This document shows positions 1-10,886 of a stretch of 64,000 nucleotides of DNA, piece by piece. Numbering within the stretch: position 1 is the first letter of the stretch; each line of letters starts with the position of its first letter. Origin of the DNA: Nemertoderma westbladi (taxonomy: Eukaryota; Animalia; Xenacoelomorpha). The notes under the pieces were generated by a model that was given only the letters and a program-made list of their open reading frames with translations, did not search any database and had not been told where the DNA came from. Where the stretch lies: assembly GCA_032718475.1 (NCBI GenBank), contig JAUCBJ010002550.1, forward strand, positions 22,653-86,652. Direction: 5' to 3'. The translations under genes were made by a program, and so were the position numbers.

Positions 1-754
1 CCGCCAACGCCCTAATAGGAAGTTACCTGGACTACCTGGGTGACTAAAATTCTAGATAGGAGCCAGGATAGCTATTAGTACCCGTACGCCTACAGTAGTA
101 AACTAACACATCTCTTCTTAGTATCAGGGACCTGGTACCTAAAATTGCCGAATTCTGGGCGTAGTATTAACCTTATGCCTGAATTTGAGTCCTGGAAATA
201 CGCAAGAGGGGAAGGAACCTTATCATTCGTGAGTATTGGACCTACAAGTTACAAAATTAGAATATTCGTAAAATGCACACCGTACCCAGTAATTATATAT
301 GTGAAGGAGCAAAACTGTTTTGACCGTTCAGAATTAACACACGCGCGTTAGAAATTATTTACACCTCGAAATATATAAAATTAACTTAGTCCGTACTGTG
401 CTTTGCCCGCTAGTTAGACATCTCCAAATCTCTGCCTGTACCTAGCTAGCGTCCCTTCGCCCAACCATATAAATCACACCGCGGCAAAGTATACGAGCCT
501 CTTAGTCCGTCAGTGAGTCAGCCTGATTTTAGGATTCGCTGCGCGGGATTTTGTTTTATCGAAGTTTGTCTGCTCGTAGACTGTTTTCTGCCTCACCGGT
601 TATAAGAGATCGATACTGCAATATATTCGCTTACTTAGGGTTTACTGTTTTGGTGAGAAGGTCGGATTTATGATTTGATTTACAAACTTTACAGTAGGAT
701 ATTGCAGGTATTGTTACCGTCTCTTCCGATAGTAGGAATAGGCGTATCTCTTCA
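1..754 (+). repeat. 5' LTR (partial) of BEL-1
   Basis: Identical to 18415-19168 apart from one mismatch I could see (T28 vs C18442). It ends in ..TTCA, with homology continuing 4 more nt (ATTA). TATA-like CATATAAA at ~466. Confidence 0.85.
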
Positions 755-1360
755 ATTAGTAGGAATGTGTTTTACTGAACTACGGTTCGGTAGGACTAAA
801 GTTTTTTGAAAAATTTGTATTTTGAGGTAAAATTTTGTATTTGATTAGCTAAGTGCTAATTTTTTGAAATAAAATTTGATTTGAACCGCGTGTAAAATAT
901 TTTTGGAATTGAATACCGGTGTTTAAAAGGGTTTAAATACCATATTGTACCGGTACAAAATTTTCGTAAAGTAAAACCTAACTCTTTTGTTTTTCAGGAT
1001 TCAGAACTCATTTCTAGACTGTAACGGGAGCAAGACCGTGTTTAGCAAGTTTGGGAGATAGATAACTCAACAACTTTGGTTGGGAAAATCGCGTTTCGTC
1101 CGCAACGTTAAAAACGGAAAGGTTCACGTTCGGTTTGTATCTGGGAATCTGTTTTTCTGGAGAATTATTGGAGTGGGTGAGTTCGAAAAGTTGCATAAAT
1201 AAGTTAGGCATTACCGTATTAGTTAAAATTATTGTGGGTTCCACTGTCTCAAGTATTTATGCATTCCGTACGATTTCTTTGTTCATTGCTGAATTAGTCC
1301 GTATTATTGTATTTAATTTACCTTTTGATAACGCATATCGTTATCCGATTTATTTGTTGT

Positions 1361-1483
1361 AAAATTGGCCGCTAGGCTAATTTTATTATATACTTATTCC
1401 GTGACATTTATTTGCTGTAAAATTGGCCGTTTAGGCTAATTTTATCCATCTGCTATAAAATCGGCCGGTAGGCTAATTTTATA
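1361..1483 (+). promoter_or_regulatory. Three tandem stem-loops in the BEL-1 leader (candidate packaging/dimerisation signal)
   Basis: AAAATTGGCC-loop-GGCTAATTTT at 1361-1384, 1419-1443 and (variant) 1457-1480, just upstream of the gag ATG. Confidence 0.5.
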
Positions 1484-1566
1484 AGACTGTAATTAGTACC
1501 GTTTTGTATAAATACGGTAAAACTCGATACTTTGACACTCACTTTACTTGACTTACAACTACCGAA

Positions 1567-4500
1567 ATGAGTGACAAACAAGACTATACGAAGAACACAC
1601 AAACCGACTATGACTCGTGTGACGGAGATAAGTCAGCAGCGGAAGAACAACAGGGGAAGACTCGCGAGCCTACCGAACCTACACCGTGTGCGTCACCAGT
1701 ACATCCAACGGGAGTACCGGATGCCGTAGTACGAGGCGACGGCAGGACCGAGGACTTTCTAACTGTTCCGCAACCTAGATATAGGGAAACGGAAATGGTA
1801 AGTTCAGCAGGAAGCACAGAAAGTGTGGTTAGAAGCGTCGGTGGATACATGGCGCATATTACCAGGAGTATTGGAGAAGGCCAACGCATATTAGACGGGT
1901 TGACCGCTCCGATGTCTCGATTCGAGTTCTACACCCTCCAGGTTAGAGTACAGAGTAAAGTATATAAGTCCGTAGATAATCTAGTTGGCCTACAAGATCT
2001 AGCTAGACAGAGACAGGACATGGATACTCAACTTAGAATCCTCGAGAAACTAATGATCACTAGAGAGAAACTGATTCAGTTTAAGTCGACGATTAGACAG
2101 ATACAACAGGAACAAGCGGACCAGTTGTTAGGTGAGTCAGTTTCGGACGAATTATTGCAACCCGAGGAAGAACAGGAACTGTACCGACTGGATGGACAAT
2201 TGAAACATCTGACGGACCACTTACGTATGTGCGGCGAAGACGTCGGCGATTTGGAAACCGTGCCGGAATATACGAAAGAAACTTCACCCGTACGAATTGA
2301 ATCGGCACCGGGAATACTGGACCAATCGTTGGTAAGTATTCGTAGCGAAATCTGCGAGGGAAGTATAGTCACGTCAGAAGTTGCTCGACAACAGCAAGAA
2401 TTCCACCGACAACGACAAGAAATGGAAGAACAAGCTCAACTTCTAGTGATGCAAGCAGCAGTAGAGGAAGAGAAGCTACGCGTTGCGAATATAGCAAGAA
2501 TCTCTCATCTACAGGAACAAGCTGAATTAGAAGCAGCTGAAGTAGAAAGGTTAGAGTTAGACATTGCCCGACAAGCGGCAGCGGCAGCGGCAGAGTCAGA
2601 GCGACAAGCGGCAGCGGCAGCGGCAGAGTCAGAGCGACAAGCGGCAGCGGCAGCGGCAGAGTCAGAGCGACAAGCGGCAGCGGCAGCGGCGGAATTAGAA
2701 CGAGACAGGTTAGTTTCGGAGGCGCGGGCCGAAATGAAAACACGGCAAATAAAGGCTCAATCCGCTATACGACAAGCGGAGTTTGAGGCGCAACGACAAC
2801 AAACGGAACAACGAGAGAAGACAGCTAAACTTCATTTCGAACTTGAGAAGAAGGCGAGAGAATTAGCGAACGCTGAGGAAGATCTGGATCAAAGGGCCCG
2901 CGATCGTTCGATGAGATCTCGTGACGGACATGATTTGGACCAGTTAGAGGTAAGACATCGCCAAATTCAGGAACGGAAGAAGGAAGGAAGCGTAGGAGCA
3001 CCCGGACGGGAACGACAATTAGTAAAGGACGTGTGTCAACGATTCCCACAGGTAACTCATATGTTTGCACCGGTTACGACTAAGGAACCTGTTTCGATTG
3101 CGGGTAGTAGTGATATTTCTCCTATCCATGGTGCGACGGAACACAGGTTTGTTATTCCGGACGAGTTTATACCGCCAAGAGCAACGTCGTCGCCCATTCC
3201 GAAAGTCAAGGTAAGTAACCCACCGATTACGGATCGTAGTAGTTTATTAACCGGACCCGCACTACTGACGACAAAACAGGTGAGTCCACCTTTGACACCT
3301 AAACCCGTTACACATTACGCTTATCCAATGACGTTTCGACCTACAAGGCCAGTTGTTTCAAATGCTGTCATTCGCCCACCGAACCAGTTTACATCGCAAT
3401 CTACGACTTCGAGGAAGACTTGTGAGCCTACCGAACAACGAAGAACAGTGGAGACGCGACCATTCAACCAGTTTACATCGCAATCTACGACTTCGAGGAA
3501 GACTTGTGAGCCTACCGAACAACGGAGATCAGTGGACGATGTTCCGAAACGAACCGTTAGAATTCGTACGACGCAACGAACGCGAGCACGTCGACCACCA
3601 TATCCAGATGATAGTAGTACTTCGAGCGAATCGGATTACCCGAAACGCGAGGTATTTAGAACAGGGGCGGCCGATGAATATAAACGCGAGCGTTCAGACA
3701 ACTCTTTTGCAGACAATCCTCCACAGAATACACCGACACAGAAGGCGTTACCACCAGCGGGCGCGATCGGTGCACAACAGTTCGCCGACATTGTCAACAA
3801 GTTGGCCCGGATTGAGGAACGTCTGGAGGAAGGTTACACCGACAGTTCGAGAAATTCCGAATTCGAACACAATAGACACCCGAAGGGACCACAAAGACCA
3901 GTACCTTCAAACCCCACAAGCGATCAGGGAAAAGCGCCAAGAAGGGAGAACATCAACCAGACTACCAACCAAGGACGCGAAACTCTGAACGTTGCCGAGG
4001 AGATAGCGAAATTCGCAGCCAGACAAGGATTGCCGGTACAACAACCACCGAAGTTTTCCGGTAGCTCAAAACACTGGCATACCTTCGTAGACTATATCGA
4101 ATCCCAGATCGCCGTGTGCGCCTTTACATCACGGGAGAAGTTCAATTACCTGCTCCAAACGTTGTCAGGAGAACCTAAACGTTTGGCGGAGACCTTCGTC
4201 GGTGTACCAGACGCTTTCGAACTAGCGTACGATCGTTTGACTTCGATATACGGAGGTACAGTGAGTATGGCCAGGTCAGTAATAGAAGAACTCTGTAAGG
4301 GAGGGGCTATCACTAAACCCGTCGACTTACTAAAACTGGCTGACGAGATTAAGAACGCTATCACTACCTTAAGATCAATTGGACAACTTGATTACGGGAA
4401 TACCCCTACAGTTCTATTAAAGATAATAGGACGACTCCACCATCGACTCCGTCGGGAGTGGAGGAAGGTCGAATACCAGCGGGAGGAGCGGGGAGGATTC

Positions 4501-6378
4501 TTAAAATTAGAAGATGTGTACCTTTTAATATCCAGGGAGGCGGTAGTAGAAACTCGATCTAACTATACCGACCAGCACATCGTGGCAGAAGGGATCACAC
4601 TGCCATCCTCCAACCGACAAAAACCCCAGACAACATCCACAAAGACGGCCACTTACGCCACACCGACGGAATCACGACAATTCTCAGACGGTAATAGAGT
4701 ATCTGCGCCCATTGGGACGAAACAGACGAGACAGCAACTCAGCACCGACTTCAACGGCTGCCAATACTGCGAACATCTAGGTAAGCGGTATATTGGTCAC
4801 AAGTTACGAGGTTGTCGACAATTTCGCGAGTTGAACTCGGAAGAACGACGGCTGCAGATACGGCCACTGGACTCTTGTTGGCGGTGTACGCGACACGGAC
4901 ACGTCCGTAAGGATTGCCCAAATACCGACACTTGTCCATCCTGTGGACGCAACCACGACATTCTGCTCCACACAGACAGCCACACGCCGACGAAACGCTT
5001 CGCCAGGGAACACCCAGAAGCAGCAGCGAGATGTGATGCGGCTTACCGAAAACGAGAATCGAAAACGACTCCAACCTTCGTGACCCATATTGAGGATTGC
5101 TTCTCAGAACAATCCGGATCGTCGGACGAAGAATCAGAAGACGACGATGTATATTCCAATGGAGACGAACAACCGTCGATCGCGCTTCTAACCACTGACC
5201 AACTGAAGGGATTCAGTGTAATCCCGATTAAGATCACTGGCACAAAAGGGAGTAAGAGGATTTACGCGATTCTAGACTCAGCCTCATCTCACAGTTACGT
5301 GGATGAAAAGATAGCTGACGTCGTAACGGATCTCAGACAAGGTAAACACGTCAGTTATACAGTAAGTAGTATGCACGGCCAGCGTGCAATACCAGTGACA
5401 CGAGTTAAGTTGGACTTAGACTCTCTTCTTCCAAAATCGCAACACAGCGAGAGGGAGAGGTCTTTGTTACCCTTTAGAGATCTAACCTTTGCGGCCACGA
5501 AGGACTTTAGTAACCTACTAGGTCCAGTGCCGGAACAATCTCTGGAGGACCGTAAGTATTTCAGACACCTTGGTGTACCTGAATGTCCTGTCAATTATAG
5601 ATCGGTAGCAATGCTGATCGGGACGGACCAATTCAACCTACATCAGGTGTGGGAAACCAGACCATCGGCAGTTGTAGCGGGAAACGCATACGCCTGCAGA
5701 ACGCCGATAGGGTGGTATACTCGAGCGCCTGTGCGCACACTAGACGTAAGTGACGAGGAAGACGATGTACAGAGTACATGTAGTTTATTAACTACAAATT
5801 CAATTCATTCCTTTTCACACGACGTGAACCATACTACACTACAGTCGACAAAACACGACAGACGTGTAACTAGTATGATAAGTCACAAGGAGCAGCTAAC
5901 CCACAAGGTGAGTTTAGAACTTGGGGAGAAGACGAGTCAGCTGGAGATTCCATCGACGACAGATGATAGGCTTGCGAGTCTACCTACCCCAATAACCTCA
6001 ACAGTGCCCGTCGATATCGATGATGACGCGTTGAGAAATCATCAGTTGGAACAAGCCGCCTTGGACAAAGAATTAACGGAGAAGACTATCAGGTGGTTAG
6101 AACAAGATACAGCTGAACCTGGTAGCTACGAACCTTGTATGTCGGAACAGGAGAAACAATCTCTGAAGATCATGGAAGATACTATCCGCCAGACGAAAGA
6201 CGGACATTATGAGGTAGGGATGTTATGGCGTAGCCAAAGTCCTAAACTTATAAACAACTATCCACTGGCTTTAAGACGTCTACACTCAATCCGACAACGT
6301 CTATTAAAAGACGAGAAAGCCCATCTGCAGTACAACACTCAGATGGAGACGTATTTGACGAAGGGATACGCTATCTGA
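1567..6378 (+). CDS. BEL-1 Gag + aspartic protease + start of RT region (ends at an in-frame TGA)
   Basis: 1603-aa ORF with a coiled-coil N-terminus, BEL gag core (PPKFSG...KFNYL), Zn knuckles CQYC..H..C, CWRCTRHGHVRKDC and CPSCGRNHDILLH, and protease YAILDSASSHSYV. Confidence 0.92.
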   Translation: MSDKQDYTKNTQTDYDSCDGDKSAAEEQQGKTREPTEPTPCASPVHPTGVPDAVVRGDGRTEDFLTVPQPRYRETEMVSSAGSTESVVRSVGGYMAHITRSIGEGQRILDGLTAPMSRFEFYTLQVRVQSKVYKSVDNLVGLQDLARQRQDMDTQLRILEKLMITREKLIQFKSTIRQIQQEQADQLLGESVSDELLQPEEEQELYRLDGQLKHLTDHLRMCGEDVGDLETVPEYTKETSPVRIESAPGILDQSLVSIRSEICEGSIVTSEVARQQQEFHRQRQEMEEQAQLLVMQAAVEEEKLRVANIARISHLQEQAELEAAEVERLELDIARQAAAAAAESERQAAAAAAESERQAAAAAAESERQAAAAAAELERDRLVSEARAEMKTRQIKAQSAIRQAEFEAQRQQTEQREKTAKLHFELEKKARELANAEEDLDQRARDRSMRSRDGHDLDQLEVRHRQIQERKKEGSVGAPGRERQLVKDVCQRFPQVTHMFAPVTTKEPVSIAGSSDISPIHGATEHRFVIPDEFIPPRATSSPIPKVKVSNPPITDRSSLLTGPALLTTKQVSPPLTPKPVTHYAYPMTFRPTRPVVSNAVIRPPNQFTSQSTTSRKTCEPTEQRRTVETRPFNQFTSQSTTSRKTCEPTEQRRSVDDVPKRTVRIRTTQRTRARRPPYPDDSSTSSESDYPKREVFRTGAADEYKRERSDNSFADNPPQNTPTQKALPPAGAIGAQQFADIVNKLARIEERLEEGYTDSSRNSEFEHNRHPKGPQRPVPSNPTSDQGKAPRRENINQTTNQGRETLNVAEEIAKFAARQGLPVQQPPKFSGSSKHWHTFVDYIESQIAVCAFTSREKFNYLLQTLSGEPKRLAETFVGVPDAFELAYDRLTSIYGGTVSMARSVIEELCKGGAITKPVDLLKLADEIKNAITTLRSIGQLDYGNTPTVLLKIIGRLHHRLRREWRKVEYQREERGGFLKLEDVYLLISREAVVETRSNYTDQHIVAEGITLPSSNRQKPQTTSTKTATYATPTESRQFSDGNRVSAPIGTKQTRQQLSTDFNGCQYCEHLGKRYIGHKLRGCRQFRELNSEERRLQIRPLDSCWRCTRHGHVRKDCPNTDTCPSCGRNHDILLHTDSHTPTKRFAREHPEAAARCDAAYRKRESKTTPTFVTHIEDCFSEQSGSSDEESEDDDVYSNGDEQPSIALLTTDQLKGFSVIPIKITGTKGSKRIYAILDSASSHSYVDEKIADVVTDLRQGKHVSYTVSSMHGQRAIPVTRVKLDLDSLLPKSQHSERERSLLPFRDLTFAATKDFSNLLGPVPEQSLEDRKYFRHLGVPECPVNYRSVAMLIGTDQFNLHQVWETRPSAVVAGNAYACRTPIGWYTRAPVRTLDVSDEEDDVQSTCSLLTTNSIHSFSHDVNHTTLQSTKHDRRVTSMISHKEQLTHKVSLELGEKTSQLEIPSTTDDRLASLPTPITSTVPVDIDDDALRNHQLEQAALDKELTEKTIRWLEQDTAEPGSYEPCMSEQEKQSLKIMEDTIRQTKDGHYEVGMLWRSQSPKLINNYPLALRRLHSIRQRLLKDEKAHLQYNTQMETYLTKGYAI
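2569..2694 (+). repeat. 33-bp coding tandem repeat (RQAAAAAAESE) x~4 in gag
   Basis: Directly visible in DNA and protein; an 84-bp duplication is also present at ~3382-3524. Confidence 0.9.
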
Positions 6379-9300
6379 ATGACTAACCCGGAGCGAGTGA
6401 CCGACCAAACGTATTACTTGCCACATCACTACGTGAGACACCCCGACAAACCAGACAAAGTACGTGTAGTCAATGACTGTGCGGCTCTGTTTGAGGGAAT
6501 GTCCCTCAATAGTGAGTTGATGGATGGACCGAACATGAATAATTATCTTATGGGGGTGATTATGCGCTTCCGTCAGCGTCAAGTAGCCTTTACTTGCGAC
6601 GTTGAAGCGATGTTTCACCAAGTAAAAGCGTTAGAGCGAGACAGAGACAGTTTGCGGTTCCTCTGGTATCCGGAAGGAGATTTAAGTCTACCACCGGCGA
6701 CTTACCAAATGCAAGTTCGCGTTTTCGGTGCCAGAGACAGCCCAAATTGTACGATGTACGCCCTAAAGCAGGCCGCTAGGGATCAGAAACATCTATATGA
6801 CCCAGAGATAATTAGAATTGTGGAGCGTGACTTTTACGTTGATGACGGATTACAGAGTTGCGACACAGTAGAACGTGCTACAACAGTAGCACATCAATTA
6901 CGGGACTGCTTGGCGGGCGGAGGTTTTAACCTCACCAAATTCGCCTCAAACAGTGCCGAATTAGTAGACTCATTCGGAACTACTGAGCGTGGAGGTGGTG
7001 ACATAGACCTAGAGTTCGAACCACTACCGACGACCAAGGTGTTGGGGCTCTTTTGGGACCCAAACACAGACAACTTTCGAGTGAAGGTGAGACTGGACAG
7101 TCAAGGGAACACACTGACAAAGAGATCATGCTTGTCAAAGTTGAGCCGATTGTTCGATCCGTTAGGATTCATCAGTCCAGTGATACTGCAAGCCCGCATT
7201 TATATGCGCAGTATATGGAAGGATGGACTAACTTGGGACGAGCCGATCTCATCAGACCAAGTGGACTTATGGAAGACCTGGGAGGCGGAATTATCTTCGC
7301 TAGAGGATTATTCCATACCCAGGGTTTACTTTCCATTGCAAAGTACATTTCCTGACAACTTGGAACTACACTGTTTTTCTGACGCCAGTGACAACGGTTT
7401 TGGTGTGGCAGCGTACCTGCGCAGACAAGTAGAATCAGACGAGTTCGATGTTTCGCTCATTACTTCTAAGGCTAAGACCATGCCTACTAAGTATATGACG
7501 ACACCACGAGCCGAGCTACAAGCCGCAACCCTGTCAACCACCATCGTGAACCTCATACAGACAGAACTACAGTCGAGTTTACAGATATTTTATTGGACTG
7601 ACGCGACGTTGGTTTTATTTTACATAAACAACGACACACTCGAATTCAAGACATTCGTTGCTAACCGTCGCGCGGAAATTCTAGACCGTTCAATAAAAGG
7701 GGATTGGCGACATTGTCCCGGACCACAAAACCCAGCTGATATTGCGTCGCGAGGAATGATGCCTGAGGAATTCTGTAAACCGGAGAACAAAGAGTTTTGG
7801 CAACACGGACCCCAGTTCTTGCAGAAATCGACACAAGATTGGCCTCCGTTATACGACAACAAGTCCAACACTATTCCCAAGGACGCCGAAATCAAGAAAC
7901 CAAAAAAGGGGAAGACAAAGAAAAAGACGACGGCGGCGAAACTCAAGAAAAAACCGAAGGCGAAATGGAAAGATATAACTTCAAAGGTCAAGAGAGGAAG
8001 ACTTGCGAGCCTTTCTACACCAGACATATCGCCAGACGGTCAACCAGACACGTTACCAGACGGTCAACCAGACACGTTACTAGACAGCCAACCAGACATT
8101 TTGCCAGACATATCACAAAATGTTCCACCAGACGCTAGTAACACACTGACAAACAGTAAAGCCGCAGTTTCCCTATTGGAGCGGCCTTCTATTGACAAAC
8201 AACCAGATACGTTACTAGACGTATCGCCAGACACATTACTAGACAGTCGACTAGACACTAGTAATGTATTGACTAACAATAAAGCCGCAGTTTCCCTATT
8301 GGAGCGGCCTTGTATTGACAAACTACCAATTTTGACACACTTGAGCAACCATAAGCACGGTGAAACCTCATGTATTACAGATGTGGGTAGTACCTACGCT
8401 AATGTAAATACAGGTGTTACTTTGCGCTCAAGAGACATACCGAACTTGCAACCTATGTTGAAACCTGGGATTAATGTCGGCAGGAAAATAAGTTTACCGA
8501 AACCTGCTGACCCCATAGAGTTCAAACCACCATTAACGATCGACTTACAAAGTACCGACAATCAAGGTAAGAAGACAAAGAAGGACAAATTACTTGTAGA
8601 CCCCGACGGATCAACAGTCAACAAGGGAATACTTACCGGCGGACCCGTGGGCCCTTCTAGTAATTCAAAACCTTCCAAGTTCTCCATTGACTTACCTGAT
8701 GACGTCACAAATACTTACGTCGACCGTATCGTAAACTTAACAGACTCTTGGTCAAACGCTTGCCGAAAATTAGCGTGGATTGTACGTTTTGTACAATACG
8801 TTAAAGGCAAACGTGACTTTACACGTCGACTTACATTGGCTGAGATTGACAGGTGTGAGATTAAATTAATTCGCCATTACCAACTGCGATATTTCGCGCG
8901 CGAATTCACATCTATAAATCAAGGTCAACCAATCAAGTCACCGATACTGAGTTGGAGTCCGATTATTTATAATGGCTTGATTTGTCATAAATCTCGGCTT
9001 CAAAACATTGACTTTAACACAAACTTTAGGTACCCAATAATAATACCGCAACATCACGAACTACAACGTGCAATGATACTGGACGCACATTTACATCTGA
9101 AACACGCTGGAAGACACCACTGTCTTTCCTACTTACGTACTAGATTTGTATTAATTAGACCCAGTAAAGCATTAAGTTCAGTGACACGTACGTGTATTAT
9201 TTGTAAAAAGGTACATTCTAGAATAGGTACCCAAGAAATGAGTGAACTACCACAAGCACGACTTCAAGCATTCAGACCACCTTTTACAGAGACTGGAATT

Positions 9301-9732
9301 GATTGCTTTGGTCCCATACATACGAAACGTGGACGTATACTAGTAAAACGCTGGGGACTGATTTTCACATGTATGTCCAGTAGGGCAGTTCACATTGAAC
9401 GTGTGATGGATCTTTCCACCAACGCGTTTATACTAGCACTGCGGCGATTTATCGCTAGACGCGGACTAGTAAAATGCTTGTACTCAGACCAAGGGACAAA
9501 CTTTGTTGGTGCTCGGAATGAGATTGCTAGAGCCTTTAAGAAATTAGATCATGATCAAATCTCGAACGAACTGCAACCTCACAAGATTGTTTGGAAGTTC
9601 AATCCTCCAGATAGTCCTTGGAGAGGCGGAGTCTGGGAGAGACTGATTAGATCTATCAAAGACAGCAATGGCAAAGGTCATTCCAGTAAACCACATATTA
9701 ACAGACGACCAACTGACAACATTGTTTGTTGA
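6379..9732 (+). CDS. BEL-1 reverse transcriptase-RNase H-integrase (same frame as gag, after the stop)
   Basis: YYLPHH, DVEAMFHQV, DFYVDDG, FDPLG, FSDAS, NPADIASRG, HHCC zinc finger, GIDCFGP, SDQGTNFVGA. Confidence 0.93.
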   Translation: MTNPERVTDQTYYLPHHYVRHPDKPDKVRVVNDCAALFEGMSLNSELMDGPNMNNYLMGVIMRFRQRQVAFTCDVEAMFHQVKALERDRDSLRFLWYPEGDLSLPPATYQMQVRVFGARDSPNCTMYALKQAARDQKHLYDPEIIRIVERDFYVDDGLQSCDTVERATTVAHQLRDCLAGGGFNLTKFASNSAELVDSFGTTERGGGDIDLEFEPLPTTKVLGLFWDPNTDNFRVKVRLDSQGNTLTKRSCLSKLSRLFDPLGFISPVILQARIYMRSIWKDGLTWDEPISSDQVDLWKTWEAELSSLEDYSIPRVYFPLQSTFPDNLELHCFSDASDNGFGVAAYLRRQVESDEFDVSLITSKAKTMPTKYMTTPRAELQAATLSTTIVNLIQTELQSSLQIFYWTDATLVLFYINNDTLEFKTFVANRRAEILDRSIKGDWRHCPGPQNPADIASRGMMPEEFCKPENKEFWQHGPQFLQKSTQDWPPLYDNKSNTIPKDAEIKKPKKGKTKKKTTAAKLKKKPKAKWKDITSKVKRGRLASLSTPDISPDGQPDTLPDGQPDTLLDSQPDILPDISQNVPPDASNTLTNSKAAVSLLERPSIDKQPDTLLDVSPDTLLDSRLDTSNVLTNNKAAVSLLERPCIDKLPILTHLSNHKHGETSCITDVGSTYANVNTGVTLRSRDIPNLQPMLKPGINVGRKISLPKPADPIEFKPPLTIDLQSTDNQGKKTKKDKLLVDPDGSTVNKGILTGGPVGPSSNSKPSKFSIDLPDDVTNTYVDRIVNLTDSWSNACRKLAWIVRFVQYVKGKRDFTRRLTLAEIDRCEIKLIRHYQLRYFAREFTSINQGQPIKSPILSWSPIIYNGLICHKSRLQNIDFNTNFRYPIIIPQHHELQRAMILDAHLHLKHAGRHHCLSYLRTRFVLIRPSKALSSVTRTCIICKKVHSRIGTQEMSELPQARLQAFRPPFTETGIDCFGPIHTKRGRILVKRWGLIFTCMSSRAVHIERVMDLSTNAFILALRRFIARRGLVKCLYSDQGTNFVGARNEIARAFKKLDHDQISNELQPHKIVWKFNPPDSPWRGGVWERLIRSIKDSNGKGHSSKPHINRRPTDNIVC

Positions 9733-10225
9733 AATCGAGGCAATACTAAATACTAGACCAATAGTATTAGTACCCGATGACAAACAATCTCAGTTTGCTT
9801 TAACACCAGCACACCTGCTTATGCAGGCACCGACCACATTGACGCCGATTTCCACTCCAATGGAAAGCGATAGCTACGGTAGAAAAGCGTGGAAAATCAC
9901 GCAACTACTAGCTAACAAATTCTGGGAAATATGGCAAAACCATTATTTGCCCTCTATTTCTGCCAGAACAAACTGGTACAATAACACCCGCGCATTAAAG
10001 CCGGGAGATCACGTGCTGTTGGCAGAAGTGAATCTAAAAAGACGCTTCTGGATAACAGGTGTCATTTTAGCCACACATCCATCTATGGATGGAGTGACAA
10101 GAACTGTGACGGTACGGACAATTGACGGTCGTACAGTAGACAGACCGACTCAACGTCTCGTACTTCTTGAAGAGACTCGTAACGAGTCTGGAGACTACAA
10201 ATCTCCACCTAATACTAGTAAATAA
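9668..10225 (+). CDS. BEL-1 integrase C-terminal part (frameshifted continuation)
   Basis: EIEAILNTRP, LTPAHLL, FWEIWQNHYL and DGVTRTVTV are typical BEL integrase C-terminal motifs. An extra A in ATCAAAGACAGCAATG (~9660) explains the shift. Confidence 0.9.
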   Translation: MAKVIPVNHILTDDQLTTLFVEIEAILNTRPIVLVPDDKQSQFALTPAHLLMQAPTTLTPISTPMESDSYGRKAWKITQLLANKFWEIWQNHYLPSISARTNWYNNTRALKPGDHVLLAEVNLKRRFWITGVILATHPSMDGVTRTVTVRTIDGRTVDRPTQRLVLLEETRNESGDYKSPPNTSK

Positions 10226-10886
10226 TTAGGAGTTTACAAATAGATTTCCACGTACCTGTACACCGTAGTAAGGACAGCGGTAGAATTCCATTGTCTTTAT
10301 ATGTGAACATTGAGGGTAGTACCCTTATGTGTCACATAGGAGCGGGATTTGTAGGTATAAGAAATGGAATTCTACTTGGAACTCACAATATTGAGACATT
10401 TTCGAAATTTTAGACAATCCATTTGGATTTGAAAAAATTTTAAAATTTTCTCCAGTGAATAGATTTCAGGGTACAGTCGGGTGGAACTTAAAATTAGAGA
10501 AACAAGAGGAAGACTTGCGAGCCTTTCTTAAAATTTAATTAAAATTTTACACGGTCTTGTTTCAATAAGTTACATCAAATAAATAGACTCCCCTATATTT
10601 ATTACTAATTCTTGACTGCTTATTTTCTGATAATAGTTTGGGATCAAAAAGTGAGTATTTTAGACTCACAGCCAGTTTAGCCCAAATTCGTTTTTATTTC
10701 GGCAAAAAATTTTAGATAAGAAGCAGCGTGTCATTAAAGAAACCCTAGATCTTAGGCTATGGGTAGGAGGTTAGAGCGTTGTCGAAGCCCAAAAGGCAGA
10801 CGAAACTCTCACGTCTCCTCACAACTAACCACAAACTCTGTTGTATTCCCTCTAGTAGTAATGATTATGTAACTACACCTCTAATT

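Noticed and set aside
145-351. Identical 68-aa ORFs at 145 and 18559
   Set aside because: A by-product of LTR duplication; TTG start and no recognisable motif.
3353-3988. 211-aa alternative-frame ORF in gag, and antisense ORFs such as 32367-33149
   Set aside because: Shadows of long retroelement ORFs with no independent motifs.
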